This document shows, piece after piece, positions 26,560 to 39,500 of a stretch of 64,000 nucleotides of DNA (the stretch's first letter is position 1; each line of letters begins with the position of its first letter). The translations under genes were made by a program, and so were the position numbers. The DNA is from Cenococcum geophilum (taxonomy: Eukaryota). Location: assembly GCA_050273025.1 (NCBI GenBank), contig CP158636.1, forward strand, positions 7,688,001 through 7,752,000, given 5' to 3'. The notes below the pieces were generated by a model. The model had not been told where the DNA came from. It made no database searches and was given only the letters and a program-made list of their open reading frames with translations.

Positions 26560-29500
26560 TATTAAGTAAGGTATTAATTGGTATTGTCTTAGGCTTATCT
26601 GCGTCAATATTATTAAGGCCTTTTACTATAGAAATACGCCCTTATAGCTTTGCATTAAAGCCATTAATAAGCGAGTTATAGTAAGCCAGTTGCTTTGGGA
26701 TTCTTTGCTTTCTAGCTTTAGAAGGTTCTAATTGTAATAAGGTTGATTTAGAAGGTAGCTTTATAGGCTGTCCTTCCTTTAAACCCCTAGAGAGCCTCTA
26801 GGTTCCAATATTAACAATATCCTTGCAGCTAAGGTAACTCTTTCGTCCGCTAGGCCGCCTTATAATAGTAGTTAATAACTTAAGCGCAAGATGATATATA
26901 TTAGTAGCTGCATTAGCTAGCGTATAATATATACTGTTAAACTAGCCAAACGCGTCCTCTATAGTATACCGCAGCTCTAGGCAGTAACTAGCGGTAAGTA
27001 ACACTTAAGTAAATAACTCTGTTATATTTAAACTAGTTCGCCGTCGGCCTTAAAAAAGAAGCTTAAAAATAAGGTTGTAATGTTTATTAAGTTAATCTAT
27101 CTTAAACCAACTATCTTGCTAGCCTCTATAATTAACTAATATGCTAGCAAGTAATAATCTTTAGAGGACTTAATCCGCGGCTTTAGTTATAAGCAATCTA
27201 GTAAGGTATAAAGCTAACTATATATATTAACTCTTTATACTACTAGTAAAGAGAAGATAGTAGCAAATAATTACCCGTTTAATAAGCTTAATATTAGCGT
27301 GCTTAATAGCAAACTTTAATATAAGGTAGACCTTTATATCTTATATAAATCGAATATAGTTTTAGAACACCTTATTAACTAGTTTATTACTATAGGACTG
27401 TTAGCTAGGCGAGAAGAACTCCTCTTAAATGCGCTGTAAGGTAGTAAGGAATCTTACTCTTACTGCTACCGTTTTATTACCTCTTTTAATATCTTATCCG
27501 GTAATCTAATTATTAACCCCCTTATTACCCTGGTCCTTAATATTTTAAGGAAAAAGACTAAGGAAGTAGGTAGTAATTTAGGCGTTAAAGGACTTAATTA
27601 CGACTTCCTCTTTATAATAAAACGGCGTCCTATAACCCTAATGCGCGCTAAGGTAGACCTTGCTGTAATCTAACGATTTAAAGCAGTTAGATGGTCCGCT
27701 GTAAACGTCGTGTATTATATCTATATAGTTAATTCGCCAATAGAACAATACAGCTATAGGAAGAAACTATTTTAGCTATTCGTAGTGACGCTCTTTAAGA
27801 TAGCGCTCTTACTATATAGATTAGAGGAGGCCTATAGTCTTCTAATCGCCATTAATTAAGACTAATTTACTATTGTTAAAGGATCCTTCCTTATACCCTA
27901 GCTGGCCCTCTTAAAACCCGTATTCGCCGTTATTGCCACTAAATATATTCCTAAAAACACTATACGTGCCCTCTAGAGTGCCCTTATTCTCTAGAATTAG
28001 ACCTAATATAAAGTGGCGTAGCTTTTATAGAAGGAGATAATCTATAATAGGTATACTAGGCCAGAAGTCTGCGACAATATTAAGCTCTTTAACTTTTAGT
28101 ATTGTATACGCAATAGCCTTAGCAATTTAATATAACTAGCACTGTTCCGTATAGCTATCTGCCTAATTACTAGGATAATTAAAGATCACGCTACGAGTAA
28201 GCTGTTCTATAGGTTTAAGTATAGAAGTGTAAAGACCGTTATATGGAAACTCGGGGTTAAGTATAAGCTTAGAAGTAGTAGCGGAGAGGTACTTATTAGT
28301 GTTTAGTATAGTCTTATATTAAACCCTTTTATTCCAGTTAAAGTTATTATATATAACCGTCAGCTAGTTCCAGTTCTTTAAAGCAGTTGCCTTAATTATA
28401 CGCTATAAGAAAGTTATTATTTATTACACTAGCAGTGACCGAGAAGCCTTAAGTGCGCGATCTATAGCTAAGATACCTTAACTATGCCCCAGGGTTGTAA
28501 ACAATCAGCCACAATTAGCCACAATTGGATTATTGTGATTGCGAGATTCTAATTGACGATTATAATCTAATTAATAATTACAGCACGTGATAGCAGATTC
28601 CTTGGCACCCCGTATAATTAATCCTATTAAAGAGATATTTTTACCCCTAGAACTCTTACCGTATAAAGAAATAAAGGTAAACTAGACTCTAAATAACCCC
28701 GCTTAAAATACCACTTCTATACCAGTTTTTTTTAAATATTCTGTTCTCTTAAGGCTATCTATTCCCATCTTTATTCTTTCCCAGCTTATTATATAACGGC
28801 CACCTAAGAAAACTCTCTCTAGATTATCGCTTATAGCTGGAATAAAGAGGATATTTATGGCAAGAATTAAAAGCCTTGGCCATCGTTTTCTTTGCGGCTT
28901 TTAAGTCTACTAATGAAGAGCTAGGCCCTGTATTTTGTATAGAGCTTTAGAGTAGTAATCCTCGTACTTATTAAGGCTTTGTGATTAAACGATCCTTTTT
29001 TTAAGGTTGTTTGTAATAAGATTAAACTTATCTAGCTCCTTTTCCTTTATCTGGTACTGTAAAGGCCTCTTATACGATATAGTATGAAAGGGATATAAAT
29101 CTCGGAATTACTTCTAGAACTATTTTGACTTTTAAAGCGTAGGTTTCTGCCACTCCTTTTTCTATATCTCTTTAATGTATTTTATATAACGCTGAGGCTA
29201 AAGAATTAGTGCTATAGCGTAGAGAGGAGAGCTGTCTATTTTAGTATAGTATTTGTTAAACTTTTTCTAAGCTCGTTTAATATAATGCTTTAGGTCTTAG
29301 TTTGATCTAATACCTGCTAATGCCTATTGTATTTCTATATGTTTAATAAGGACGTCTATTATAAAGAGAACTTTGCTAAGGCTTAAGCTGTGCCCTTAAA
29401 GTTTTATAGTTATGCTATGGAAAGGCCTAAGGAAGTTCTTAATCGTATAAAGGAGGGACCAGTTAGCTGGGTTAAGAAAGTCTTTATAAAGTGTATCTAT

Positions 29501-31871
29501 ATTGGCCTTTATATACTAGTTAACTCTAAACTTGTACTAGATTGCAGTCTCTAGTATTTACTACTAGCTATTCCATCTTATACGATTATTAAAAGGAATC
29601 CTTTATTTGATAATTAACTTAAACTGCTTTATATAATTGCTTAAGGAGCGGGAGTAGATAATGATGTTATATAACCGCCTAAGCGCCCCTATTACGCGGA
29701 ATATATCCCTTTTATTCTCTTATACGGCCTTATTATATATTATCTTTGGCTTTATACTCCCCTTTTTAGAGAGCCTTTTATACGCCTTAATCTCTCCTTT
29801 TTAAGTAGTACTAAAGAGGAAAGTATTAACCGTAAGGTTGATAATATGTCCTTAGTATTAAATTTGTTGGTAAATAGGATCCTATTAAATATTTTTATTC
29901 TCTAGTAGGAAATTGGATATTATATAACACAGCATATTATTTATTAAAGAATTGTTACTAATAATAGCCCTAATCTTTCATATAATACTGTAATCCAGTA
30001 GCACTAGAAGAAGGGTATTTTACTATTCTTCTCTACTATAGTTTACAATTGGCCGTAAAGCAAGAAGAGCCCGCGCTCTTTGCTTTTAAGTATTAATAAA
30101 ATGGGAGTAAATAGCGAGGAGAGAGTAGTTATTTAGAGAGGTCCAGACATTAATAGAGAGATAAATATTTAAAATCGCTGACTGAAGTTTTTTTTATACG
30201 ATATCCTTTTAAGAATTAAATGGCTGTTTAATCTTCTGGCTAATATCTTTATAAGCTGCTATAATAAAGCTCTGGGACTCCTAATTTAAAGCCTAATAGA
30301 AAGTATGGAATTCTGGCTATTTAACCGTATTAAATGGAAGGTTTTATATAATAATTAAATTAATAAGGGCTTAATTAATAACTTCGCGATTAAGAGAGGA
30401 CCTTAGAATAATAGATTTAAACTCTAATAGATCGCTCTTGGATCTAGCCTACCCCTAAAGATCCTTAAGTATAGTATTTGCTTTAGTCTTCGTATAACTT
30501 GTTCTTAAAAGGCTAATATTAATTAAGTAATTTTGTTTAAGATGCCTCTGGAAATTTATAGTAACTATTATACTATACTTGTAGTCTATGGACTTATAGT
30601 AATAGATTTTTTTTCCGTTTTTATCTTGCGCTGGCTTATGTTCGTACGGTTCTTAGGTATATAAAAGGATTAGGCTTTAATATTTCCTCTTATTCTAAGA
30701 AGAAAGCTTAATTAATTAAAGAGTATTTATAATCTGGGATAAATCTGCTTTAGAGCTTATTTTTTTGTACGATGTAAAAGGAGAGCTTTAGCTTATAATT
30801 ATTAATGTGGGAATGCTAAGCCGCTAATCTAATATTTGGAATTGGATTACAATCGGATTGCGAACCGACAATCCAATCACAATCCAATCGATAATCTTAT
30901 CTGATTGCAATTAGTTTGATCGTTTACAACCCTGCTATGCCCTCTGGTCGCAGTGATGGAGGCGTTTTATCTAAACCCTTAAGTGTGGAAGCACATACCC
31001 TGCCAACTTCCTCTAGTTCCTTTTATATTTTGGTAAGACCAGTATACGATATTATAACTCCTAACTTATAACGAAGCGCAATATACCTTCTTTTAACACC
31101 TATATTATATAAATAAACCCCCAAAGCAGTATAGAACTGGTAGCTAGCTTAAGGGGCTTATATATTCGCCAGGATTGCGTATACTATAAAGAGCTTATTA
31201 TAGTAAGGCGTAATATCGCGAGAATTGGCATATGGCCTTTGCTAAACTAAAGCTATAAGGAAGCTCCATAGCGTTAGAGTAAGGCACTGTACGTCAGCAG
31301 TAATCGTATTAAGCTTAAGCTTTTTAACTAGTTCTTTAGCGTCAAATCGTCTAAGCCTACTAGGAATAATAACTCCGTTCTCTTCTCTTAGGCGTATAAG
31401 ATCCTCCAACTCTTACTCTATCTGCTTATACAGAGGTTCTTAATAGAGCCTTCCTAGCTGGCGATCACTATATACTATAAGCCGTTTCTTAACTTCTGGC
31501 TCTTCAAATATTGCCTTTTATAGCCTATTTGCATGTTACTCTGGCGTATCGTAATTAGAAGGGCCAAAAGTGGTTATATAATGCTTAATAAAAGTTACAA
31601 TGCCCTAGCGGTGCTTATGCAGCTATTCTAATATTAAATTAACTCTTTTACGTTCTAAATAAAAGACTTATAGTCCTTAATTTTTATTTAAAGCTGGCTC
31701 GTCGGTTTGGGTACTCTAGCTGTGGTAAAAAGAGGGCGGTGGTAGTTGTAGGAGAGGTGTAGCTGCTACAACTTAGGGGCGTCAGGCGCGACAATAAGAT
31801 AACGAATTAGAATCGGGCAAATCAGGCAATATAGTCTTCTTTGCTAGGTTTAATTTAGTAATTCTAGCCAT
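26560..31871 (-). pseudogene. Academ-type (DUF6589-like) transposase, interrupted by a hAT element
   Basis: ATG at 31871. De-RIP: ALGVYLHNMGVKRRCIAL..KLGVTISY (~31050-31130), YDNFNW (~28340), LIDGDQKT (~27850), PVAALFHWRINY (~27740). Confidence 0.75.
28490..30934 (-). mobile_element. hAT DNA transposon, 2445 bp
   Basis: 18-bp TIR CAGGGTTGTAAACRATCA. 8-bp TSD CTATGCCC at 28482-28489 and 30935-30942. hAT dimerisation motif RWPRLSILAINILSIPAMS.DPERVFS at ~28780-28885 (minus strand). Confidence 0.95.
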
Positions 31872-33339
31872 TAGGAATAGCTTAGGGAGCTATAAAAGTT
31901 AAGACAATTTGGCTTAAAGTAGGTATATATAGGCCTAAATACCCCGCGCGGGACTAATAAAAATCTAAACCGTGTACTAGACCTTCTAACGAAGGTCTTG
32001 CTAAAAGCGGCTAGCGGCTTAGCAAGGTAAGCCTTGGTAAGAAGGTCTGGGAACGAGATAACGAGGACGAAGTCCGCATGCAATCTATATAGACATTAAC
32101 CGCATCTACTGCATCACAAATCAATCAATATTTATCGTCTGCGTTATCTCTATTATCAATTAGATCCTCAAGATAGCTTCGCTGTAACCCTATAACCTTG
32201 TAATTCTAATAGGCTCTATATAAGGCTCTGCACAAAGCTCTATATAAAACTCTATATAAGCCTCTACCAAAGCTCTATATAAGGCTCCACTAAAGCTCTA
32301 TATAAGCCTCTATTAAAGCTCTACATAAGCCTCTGCCTAAAGCTTACCCCCTACTATAAAGCAGCCCCCATAGCATAGCACGACGGAGGTATATATATAT
32401 TACTTCTAAATTAAGTAAAAGCTCTATATAGGGGGGGTCCAGGGGGTTCTCCCCCTGGAAAACCTTATCTATATATATATTAATTAATCTCTATATAATA
32501 AGGCTTTAAATTAAAGCTTTAGGTTAACCAATTGGCTTATTATAAACTCGGGTCAAAATTTTCGTTAGGGGGTACTAACGATCCGCATATTATAATAAAT
32601 TTTCAATTTGGGTGTAATTTGGTAGGGGAAGAAGAAGAGCGCGTACAGACGCGTATGGCTCGCTTGGGGGGGTGGCTCGCTTTCTGGGGTGCGACGTTAC
32701 TTCCTACTATACACGAATATCAAAATTCTATAAAATATCCTAGAAACCTGGATTTCCTCTATAACGAGTTAATTGATCTTTTACGCAATTGCTTTCAATA
32801 GTCTAAATAAATAGCAAGCCTTTACTTAGCGCATATATTTCGATTTACACTACTAACTCTTTCTTCTAGCAAGTACCAGTATAACTTTATAAAAGAAGTC
32901 AAAATGTTAAGCCTTAAAGGTCTTAAGTGTTGTTAGGATAAGACAATATATTAGGAAGTCTAATTAAGAGAGCCCTCAGGCCCGCGGGAAACGAGATACC
33001 CTATAACTTACTTTAAGGTTGCGGAGGCTAACTATGTATACGCTCTTATAGGCATAAACGGTACGTCTATGTTCCGAATCCTACTTCTATAAAAGCTAAT
33101 AGTCGCAAGATCAGTTATTGGAGAAGATAACTCGGGGGTTAGTATCTAGCTTCGGCCGAGTTCACTTTAAGAGGATGGCCTATATAGCTTCCGGCGGCAC
33201 TTTCTATAAGGCGGACAAATATTTCACCTCTAATATCGCTAATCTTGCTTAACTAGATATAACAACTATCTTGAAGCTGTTTTAGGGCTAATATCGCCAT
33301 TAGTAGCATACTTCTTATTAAGCACATAGGCCTGAATTT

Positions 33340-33480
33340 ACATCTTGCCGCCTCTAGTAGAAGGGTATGGCGTATAGATAAAGGTATTAGATAATGTTAT
33401 TAAGAAAGCGCTGCCCGTATTAGGTAACTCTTAGGCTAAAAGAGGCAAGAAGGCCCTATGGTGCTTAAGATAAGATATAG
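33340..33480 (+). pseudogene. Second-half SesA-like fragment on the opposite strand
   Basis: De-RIP: LPPLVEGCGVQIKVLDDVIKKALPVSGDSWAKRGKKALWCLRQD. Confidence 0.55.
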
Positions 33481-33689
33481 ACTATATAGATATAATGCCG
33501 AAAGCAACACCGGCCGGTTAGTTCGGTGGGTACTTCGGTTAATTAACACGCGTGCGGACGAATTGCTTATCCCTTAGCGTGTTGTTGCACATCGGCATAT
33601 ATTATAGAGACACTTGCATCTGTTATCCGTAAGTAGGTAAGATACCTAAGTAAAGGGTATTTGTTGTACATCGCTAGGGTCTCGCTTAT

Positions 33690-33943
33690 TCTGTCGGCAG
33701 CCTAACCGTTAAGAGGAGTGCCTTTTTGCTTTTATTTTGCAACAATCCAGCATCGATTACGGCTTTCGTCTAAGAGAGGGCATCTAGTAATACAGGAAAC
33801 TCAGATCTAATATAACGGAACGCTTCCGGGATTTCTACGAGCGTAAACTAATATTGGTTAAGCCGTGCTAGAACCTTGGTGCCGAAATCGACCAGTTAAA
33901 TAATATTGGCAACGATGCCGACCACGGCTAGCGCTTCGGCTAT
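33690..33943 (-). pseudogene. SesA-like (fungal NLR N-terminal helical) domain fragment
   Basis: (M)AEALAVVGIVANII(Q)LVDFGTKVLARLNQY(Q).TLVEIPEAFR(H)IRSEFPVLLDAL; start codon RIP-mutated to ATA. Confidence 0.75.
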
Positions 33944-35344
33944 AGTCTTAACACGTAAAGGTAAAGTGCGCATATCTAAGTGCGGACTTCCTATAAGATA
34001 GTAGAAGTATAGGGACGATATTAGGCAAAGCCTTATGCCGACAGCGTAGAGGTATCTAGTCCATCTCAGCTTAATAAGGCAGAACTTATTACACAAGGCT
34101 AAGGTAGACGCTAGCTGCGTTGCTTAGCTATAGTATACTAGGCCTAGCGCTTACGCATTAAAAATATATCTAGTTAATACCTACCCTCCTTCATTCCTAG
34201 TTAGTTTAAGTAGTTATAAATAGGACCTAACTATAGAGCGACACTGGCAGTGAGGAGGGTCGGCCTACTCTCGTTATACTATTTTTTAAGGAAATGCAAC
34301 CCTAATATAAACTTATTAAGAGATCCTGCTTAATAGTTATCTCCTTAATGTTAAGAGAGAGATATTATAAGTTAAGTTATGCCCGTATAAAACACTATAG
34401 TAAGTATAAAGAAAAGTGTATATAGAGGGTACTTTAGAAGGTTATACCCAAGCTATAATTTGTCAGCGGAAAGGAGTTTATAGTAGCGATATTTTGCCAC
34501 TAATAGTAAGGAGGACGGCTGACCCGCAACGACCCTAGGGTTGTTTTTAAGGCGCTACTTTCTTAAAATGAAGATAGGAAGCCGGTAGGGAGCGGTTTTA
34601 CTATAGGCTAGTACGTTGGAACAACTCTCTTAGGCTTGGCGTTGTGGCGGTTAAGCACTGCCGCGTTTATGCTACTAGCTACAGAACTCTCCGATGCCCT
34701 GCTGCTTACGTTGGATTAGCGTGGCGCGATTGCTAAGTTAACTGAAGCGTGAACTCCTAACCTCGGACTAGCGACGATTACCGTTTAACTTCGCGATGCG
34801 GCCTAACTTATAGCATGATATACGGCTATATCTACGCCGCAGACTTAGTCGTCATTCTTAAGAGGTTGGCAAGATTTTAGGATAACCCGAAGTACGCGTG
34901 CAGCTACCGTAAATCGTTTTTAGATTTAGTCGTGGTATGTAGCGGTACTGACCCCACGGTACTAAGCGAGTGTTTATTAGCGAACTCGCTTCTTACTTAT
35001 TTCTAAGGAAAATTTGCAAAGCGGGATAAGTAAGTAGATGCGTTTACTTATCTATTATAGCAGATAGAATAATACAAATAGCGGTAATGTAAGGAAATTA
35101 ATAGATTAACCCTCCTAGAGGCTAAATATTATATATACCTGCACTAAAAATCTAGTCCTAGTTATTACTCTAATGCTTTAAAAAGCATTAGCAAGAAATT
35201 TATTATCTTAGGTAGTGCTATTAAACGTACTAGAATAATTGCTTTAACTATAAAAGCGTATATCCTTGCTATATAGTATATTAAAGTATATTAGTAGAAT
35301 AAGTATATCCAACGTTATTTAAAGACCTTGTTAGTGTCGCCTAT

Positions 35345-36560
35345 TATATTTAATAGACTAGACCTAAAACTAGACCTAATAACTAGGAACTAAACTATCC
35401 TATAAAGAGCGCTATTATATTTTTACACTCTTTAATCTTTTATATTAAACACTAAAAGCAATCGCTATAACTATAGGACTTCCTTAAATAACCATTTAAT
35501 CTGTAATAAGATCCTAAGTTAAAGCCCTAAAGAAGTAAATAGGTAGAAAGCCTACTATTATAAGTGAGATTTGGGAACGTCTTATTGCTTATACGACCCT
35601 TAACGCTATTTATCGTTAAATAACGTATAAGGAAGTTGCTTAGCTAGAAGGTATATAGGCTTATTAAAAAGCCCTCGTGATAGTATTTAAGATAGAGTTT
35701 TACGGTCGCCGCGTGGCTACCTTTAAACCTCTCCTTACTAAAGTATAAAAATAAGTACGTTTAGTATGGGCAATTAAGCATTTAAGCTAGACGCTAGAGC
35801 GGTGGGCTTATATTATTTAGATTAATAAGTGCTTCCTCTTAACTAAAGGCTTTAGAAAGGTATATATCACCTAGTAACTAAAAGAGAAGTATAATAATTC
35901 TTATTATTCTCCTAAGTTTAGAGATTACTCTTTTTAAACTATCTATCCCTTGCATAGATGGATGCGTGCTTAAGAGTGTGGCCCGTGCTTAGCCAATTAT
36001 ATCGCTTCGGTGAGGCTTTCTGCCAGTGTCAAAAAAGTTGATATTTTTTGACGTCGTGCACGGGCCATAGTTATATCCACACCATCTATGCAAGGGATAG
36101 GAGTATTTTAGCGCTTAGTAAAGGAGATATAGTAGTTATTAAAAAGGAATAGGGTAGTGTAACGGGTAAAGTATATAGAGAAAGAGTACTTCCCTAGGTA
36201 TACTAATTTATAGACTAGGTGGCATAATACCTAGAGAACCCTTAGACGTATATTATTCTAATAGAAGACGGCGCTCCTTAATATACTACTAAGGTTACGT
36301 AATAGCTTTATAATTTAAATAGTATAGATAAGATATATTAGCCTACTAATTCTTCTAACTTAAATCTAATAGAGAATATCTAGCGTCTATTAAAATAGAA
36401 AGTGGCTAAAAGGTTTCCGTATACCCTTATAGAGTTAAGGCAATATATAAAGGAAGAGTAGGCGGCATTAGAACTATCTAATTTTATAAGATATATTAGG
36501 AATATAAAAAAACGTTATTAAGATATAGTAGATGCGAAAGGAGGGCATATAAAGTAGTAA
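35345..36560 (+). pseudogene. Tc1/mariner DD34E-type transposase, RIP-inactivated; element termini not resolved
   Basis: De-RIP: RRVATFKPLLT...RLAWA..HLSWT.ERWA.IIWTDE ... LMEDGAP.HTAK ... WPANSPDLNPIENIWRLLK ... DAKGGHTKW*. Confidence 0.9.
35946..36097. mobile_element. 152-bp MITE inserted in the Tc1 transposase
   Basis: TIR TCCCTTGCATAGATGG / CCATCTATGCAAGGGA with TA on both sides (35944-35945, 36098-36099). Retains CA/TG dinucleotides. Confidence 0.85.
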
Positions 36561-39500
36561 ATTTATAAATTAAACTTAAAAGTAATATTAATAATTATCT
36601 AAAATGGGGATCTAAGATAGACTTCCAACTAGGATATTACGGACGCTTTAAGTACAATGTTACGACTACTTAGAGAAGAGTTGGAAGAAGCTAGTTAGTT
36701 AATTTAGGTACAGTCTAGGATGGAGCCAATAGAGCTATATAATAAGGAATAGTAACTAAGGTTATATAACGTTGTACGCAGTATACATAGTGTATAAAGG
36801 GAATGTACGTATAATATGTATAATACGTACCTTACGTATAATATGTATAATACGTACCTTACGTATAAAGGGGATTTCTTAGGAGTACGGTTGTGTATTT
36901 AAAGGACCACAGTCCCTACCTAAATAGTTCTCTCCTTTATAGTAAATCTTAGAATATAATTAGAGTTAATCTATTAGGCAACCACTCCGCTAGTTATTAT
37001 TATGTTATTAACTATTTTATACCTATATACCTAGTCTATTAATAAGCCTATTGTAGTATTTCCTACAAGGCTTCATTATACATTCACTACTAAGGTTATA
37101 GTAAAAGAAGTTAAATAACATGCCACTAAAAGCATTAGCCACGACACCGTTAACGGCAGCAACTATATTAAGATTAGGTAACGATACTAGTATAGCAGAA
37201 GACACTAACTCTTAGTTAGTTACCGTTGGATAATTATAGGAAATAGTTGACCGATTAATAGATAATAATAAGATATTTAAAGATAGGATTAGTGGGATCG
37301 GAGCAGCTAAGGTTAAGTTACCCTTAATTAAGCGATTCTTAGGAGAAAAGTTAAAGCTTAAGGGATTCCTTATATAAATGCACTTTAAGGTTATATAAGA
37401 GGGAGTTAAACTAGGAACGCCTATAGATTAAGTCGCTTACGTAGGATTATTTTTAACGGGAAGGGCACTTAAGTGGTTTAAGCCTTACCTTATAGAAATG
37501 TAAGAATATAGTATAACAACCACCAACTAAGAGGTCTAGTATATATTCTTAAGTTAGAACAGGTTTGCGGAATAACTAATATAAATATTTAAAGACTCGG
37601 AGGTAACTACTACGGTAAAAAAAAAGCTTTAAAACCTAGTATAGAGAACTTTAGTAATTAAGTATATGATATAGTTTTAAACGTTAGTAATATAGGTTAA
37701 ATAGAATAATAAAGCGCTTATGGCATAGTATAAGTAAGGACTTAAGGCGAAAGTCTAGAATATAATTATCCTAATAAAAGATACGGATACTTTTAGAAAT
37801 TTAATTAATTAAGTAATTAAGATTAATAATAGAATCTACTAAAGAGAGCAAACTAAGAAGGGTTAGGATAGAGTTCTATAGTTATATAAGGCGCAAGGCA
37901 CGTAACGGTAAAGTTAAAGTTAAAAACTATAGTATAGCGTAGAGCTAATAGACCTAAGTAGTACTAAAGAGTCTAAAAAATAAAATAAGAAATTATAGAA
38001 ACCTAGAGAATAAGGATTAAGTAATTAAAGGTTTAAGGAGTAGAGGCCAAACTAGGGATTTTAACAGTAAAAGACGTTTAGGCGAACTCTACAGCAAGAA
38101 AAATAGTTTAAAAAAGGAGCTTATATAAATTACGGAAAACAGGGTTACTATATTAGAGACTATAGAAGTAGTTAGAGTTACTATATAGTAAAAAAAACGA
38201 GACTAGTAGAAGACATATACGTATAGAGGGATAATAGTATACTATAAGGAATAAAAGAATGTTTAATTAACAGTTTTGCGTTTTATTATAATAACGTATA
38301 CCAAATTTATAAGGACGCTAAGTATAGCGTAAGCTATTAGCTATAAGAGCTAAAGTTAGTAGAGTTTAAAGGAACCAACGAACCAGTTCGCAGATTGGAC
38401 ATTAAGGACGATAAATTTAATATAGGTAAAATATTCCGTAATAATAAGGTAATAAGGGCAGCTTATTAGGAGTATATAGACCTTAGAGATATTATATAAC
38501 AGGTAAAAGATAATTCCACTACGGAATAGGGAATATTAGTAGGGATTAAGACCCCACTAGATACGATATCTATTACTTCGCGAGATATAAGAGAAGTAGG
38601 ATAGTAAACCACTTTAGCACTTAATAAAGGCAAAAAGCTAAAAGCTTAAGACTCTTAAGACGAGATGCGAGACGACTAAGATTCTTAAGATAAGATGAGG
38701 TAAGCTTAAGGACCTATAACGGACGATAACTAATAGAGCAGAGCAACGGCTTAGTTTAGTAATATATAAATAAGCTTAGGACGAAGTTTCCTAAAAATAT
38801 AAGACTCTTAAGACGAGATAAGTGAGATTTAAAACTTTTAAGATGAGATAAGAACACTATAAAAGCCTAATTAGACTAAGGCTGGAGCAAAGCCTAAGAT
38901 AGAAGTAAGCTTAGGATTAAGAATCCTATAGGACTAAGATTTTAATATATAAATAAGGACTATTAAAGAATATAACACTAAGATTAAGAAGTAAGAAGAC
39001 TTTAAGGATTTACTCGCGAGATATAAACTAAAAGAAACTATAGAAGAATTTAGGTAAAGAATTATTATATAGCAAGAATAGAAACTAGATAAAAGATTTA
39101 GCACACTAGGGCGTATAAGGGATAGAGTACTAATATAAAGAATTACTAATAGGCCTAGGGTAGGTATACTAAGAGCTAAGTAGCTTACTAAACTAGAAAA
39201 CGAAGAGGGTTTAGGAATCCCTACTAGGTTTAAGAAACGACATATAAAGGGCTATTACAACGTAGTAATAAGAAGATACTTCCTTATAGATAAGCCGTAT
39301 ATACTCTAGTAGCTATACTAAAAGTGGTATAGGTAACAACATAACGATAAGTAGGAAGATTTCTATATATGGTTAAATAAACGAGTTATCTAAAACCACC
39401 TAATTATAGAGAAGGCTATAACTTATATTAAAGGAGCCTTAATTATAATATTAAAGGATTTAAAGGAATAATTAGAGGACTAGAGGAGCGAGATATATAT

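Larger units (their letters stand above)
12960..32061. mobile_element. Large AcademH-like DNA transposon (RecQ-like helicase + DUF6589-like transposase, convergent) with cargo genes
   Basis: Splits the Copia 3' LTR with TSD CGAGGACG (12952-12959 and 32062-32069). Imperfect TIR TTATYTY..TYYYAGAC. Helicase at the left end, transposase at the right end. Confidence 0.8.
10358..32211 (+). mobile_element. Ty1/Copia LTR retrotransposon, internally deleted (2.35-kb internal region), 3' LTR split by a 19-kb insertion
   Basis: 5' LTR 10358-10552 (TG...TA) followed by PBS-like GGTTATGAGCCC. Purine tract at ~12900-12906. 3' LTR at 12907-12959 plus 32062-32211. 5-bp TSD GGCTC at 10353-10357 and 32212-32216. 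Confidence 0.93.
6080..32697 (-). mobile_element. pogo/Fot1-like DNA transposon (~4.8 kb without the nested Copia)
   Basis: ~40-bp TIRs ACGTCGCACCC..GAAGCGAGCCACCCCCC.AAGCGAGC at 6080-6120 and its reverse complement at 32657-32697. TA flanks at 6078-6079 and 32698-32699. Confidence 0.8.

Noticed and set aside
32760..33300. Coding-like remnant after the pogo TIR
   Set aside because: No family motif recognised and the frame could not be reconstructed with confidence.
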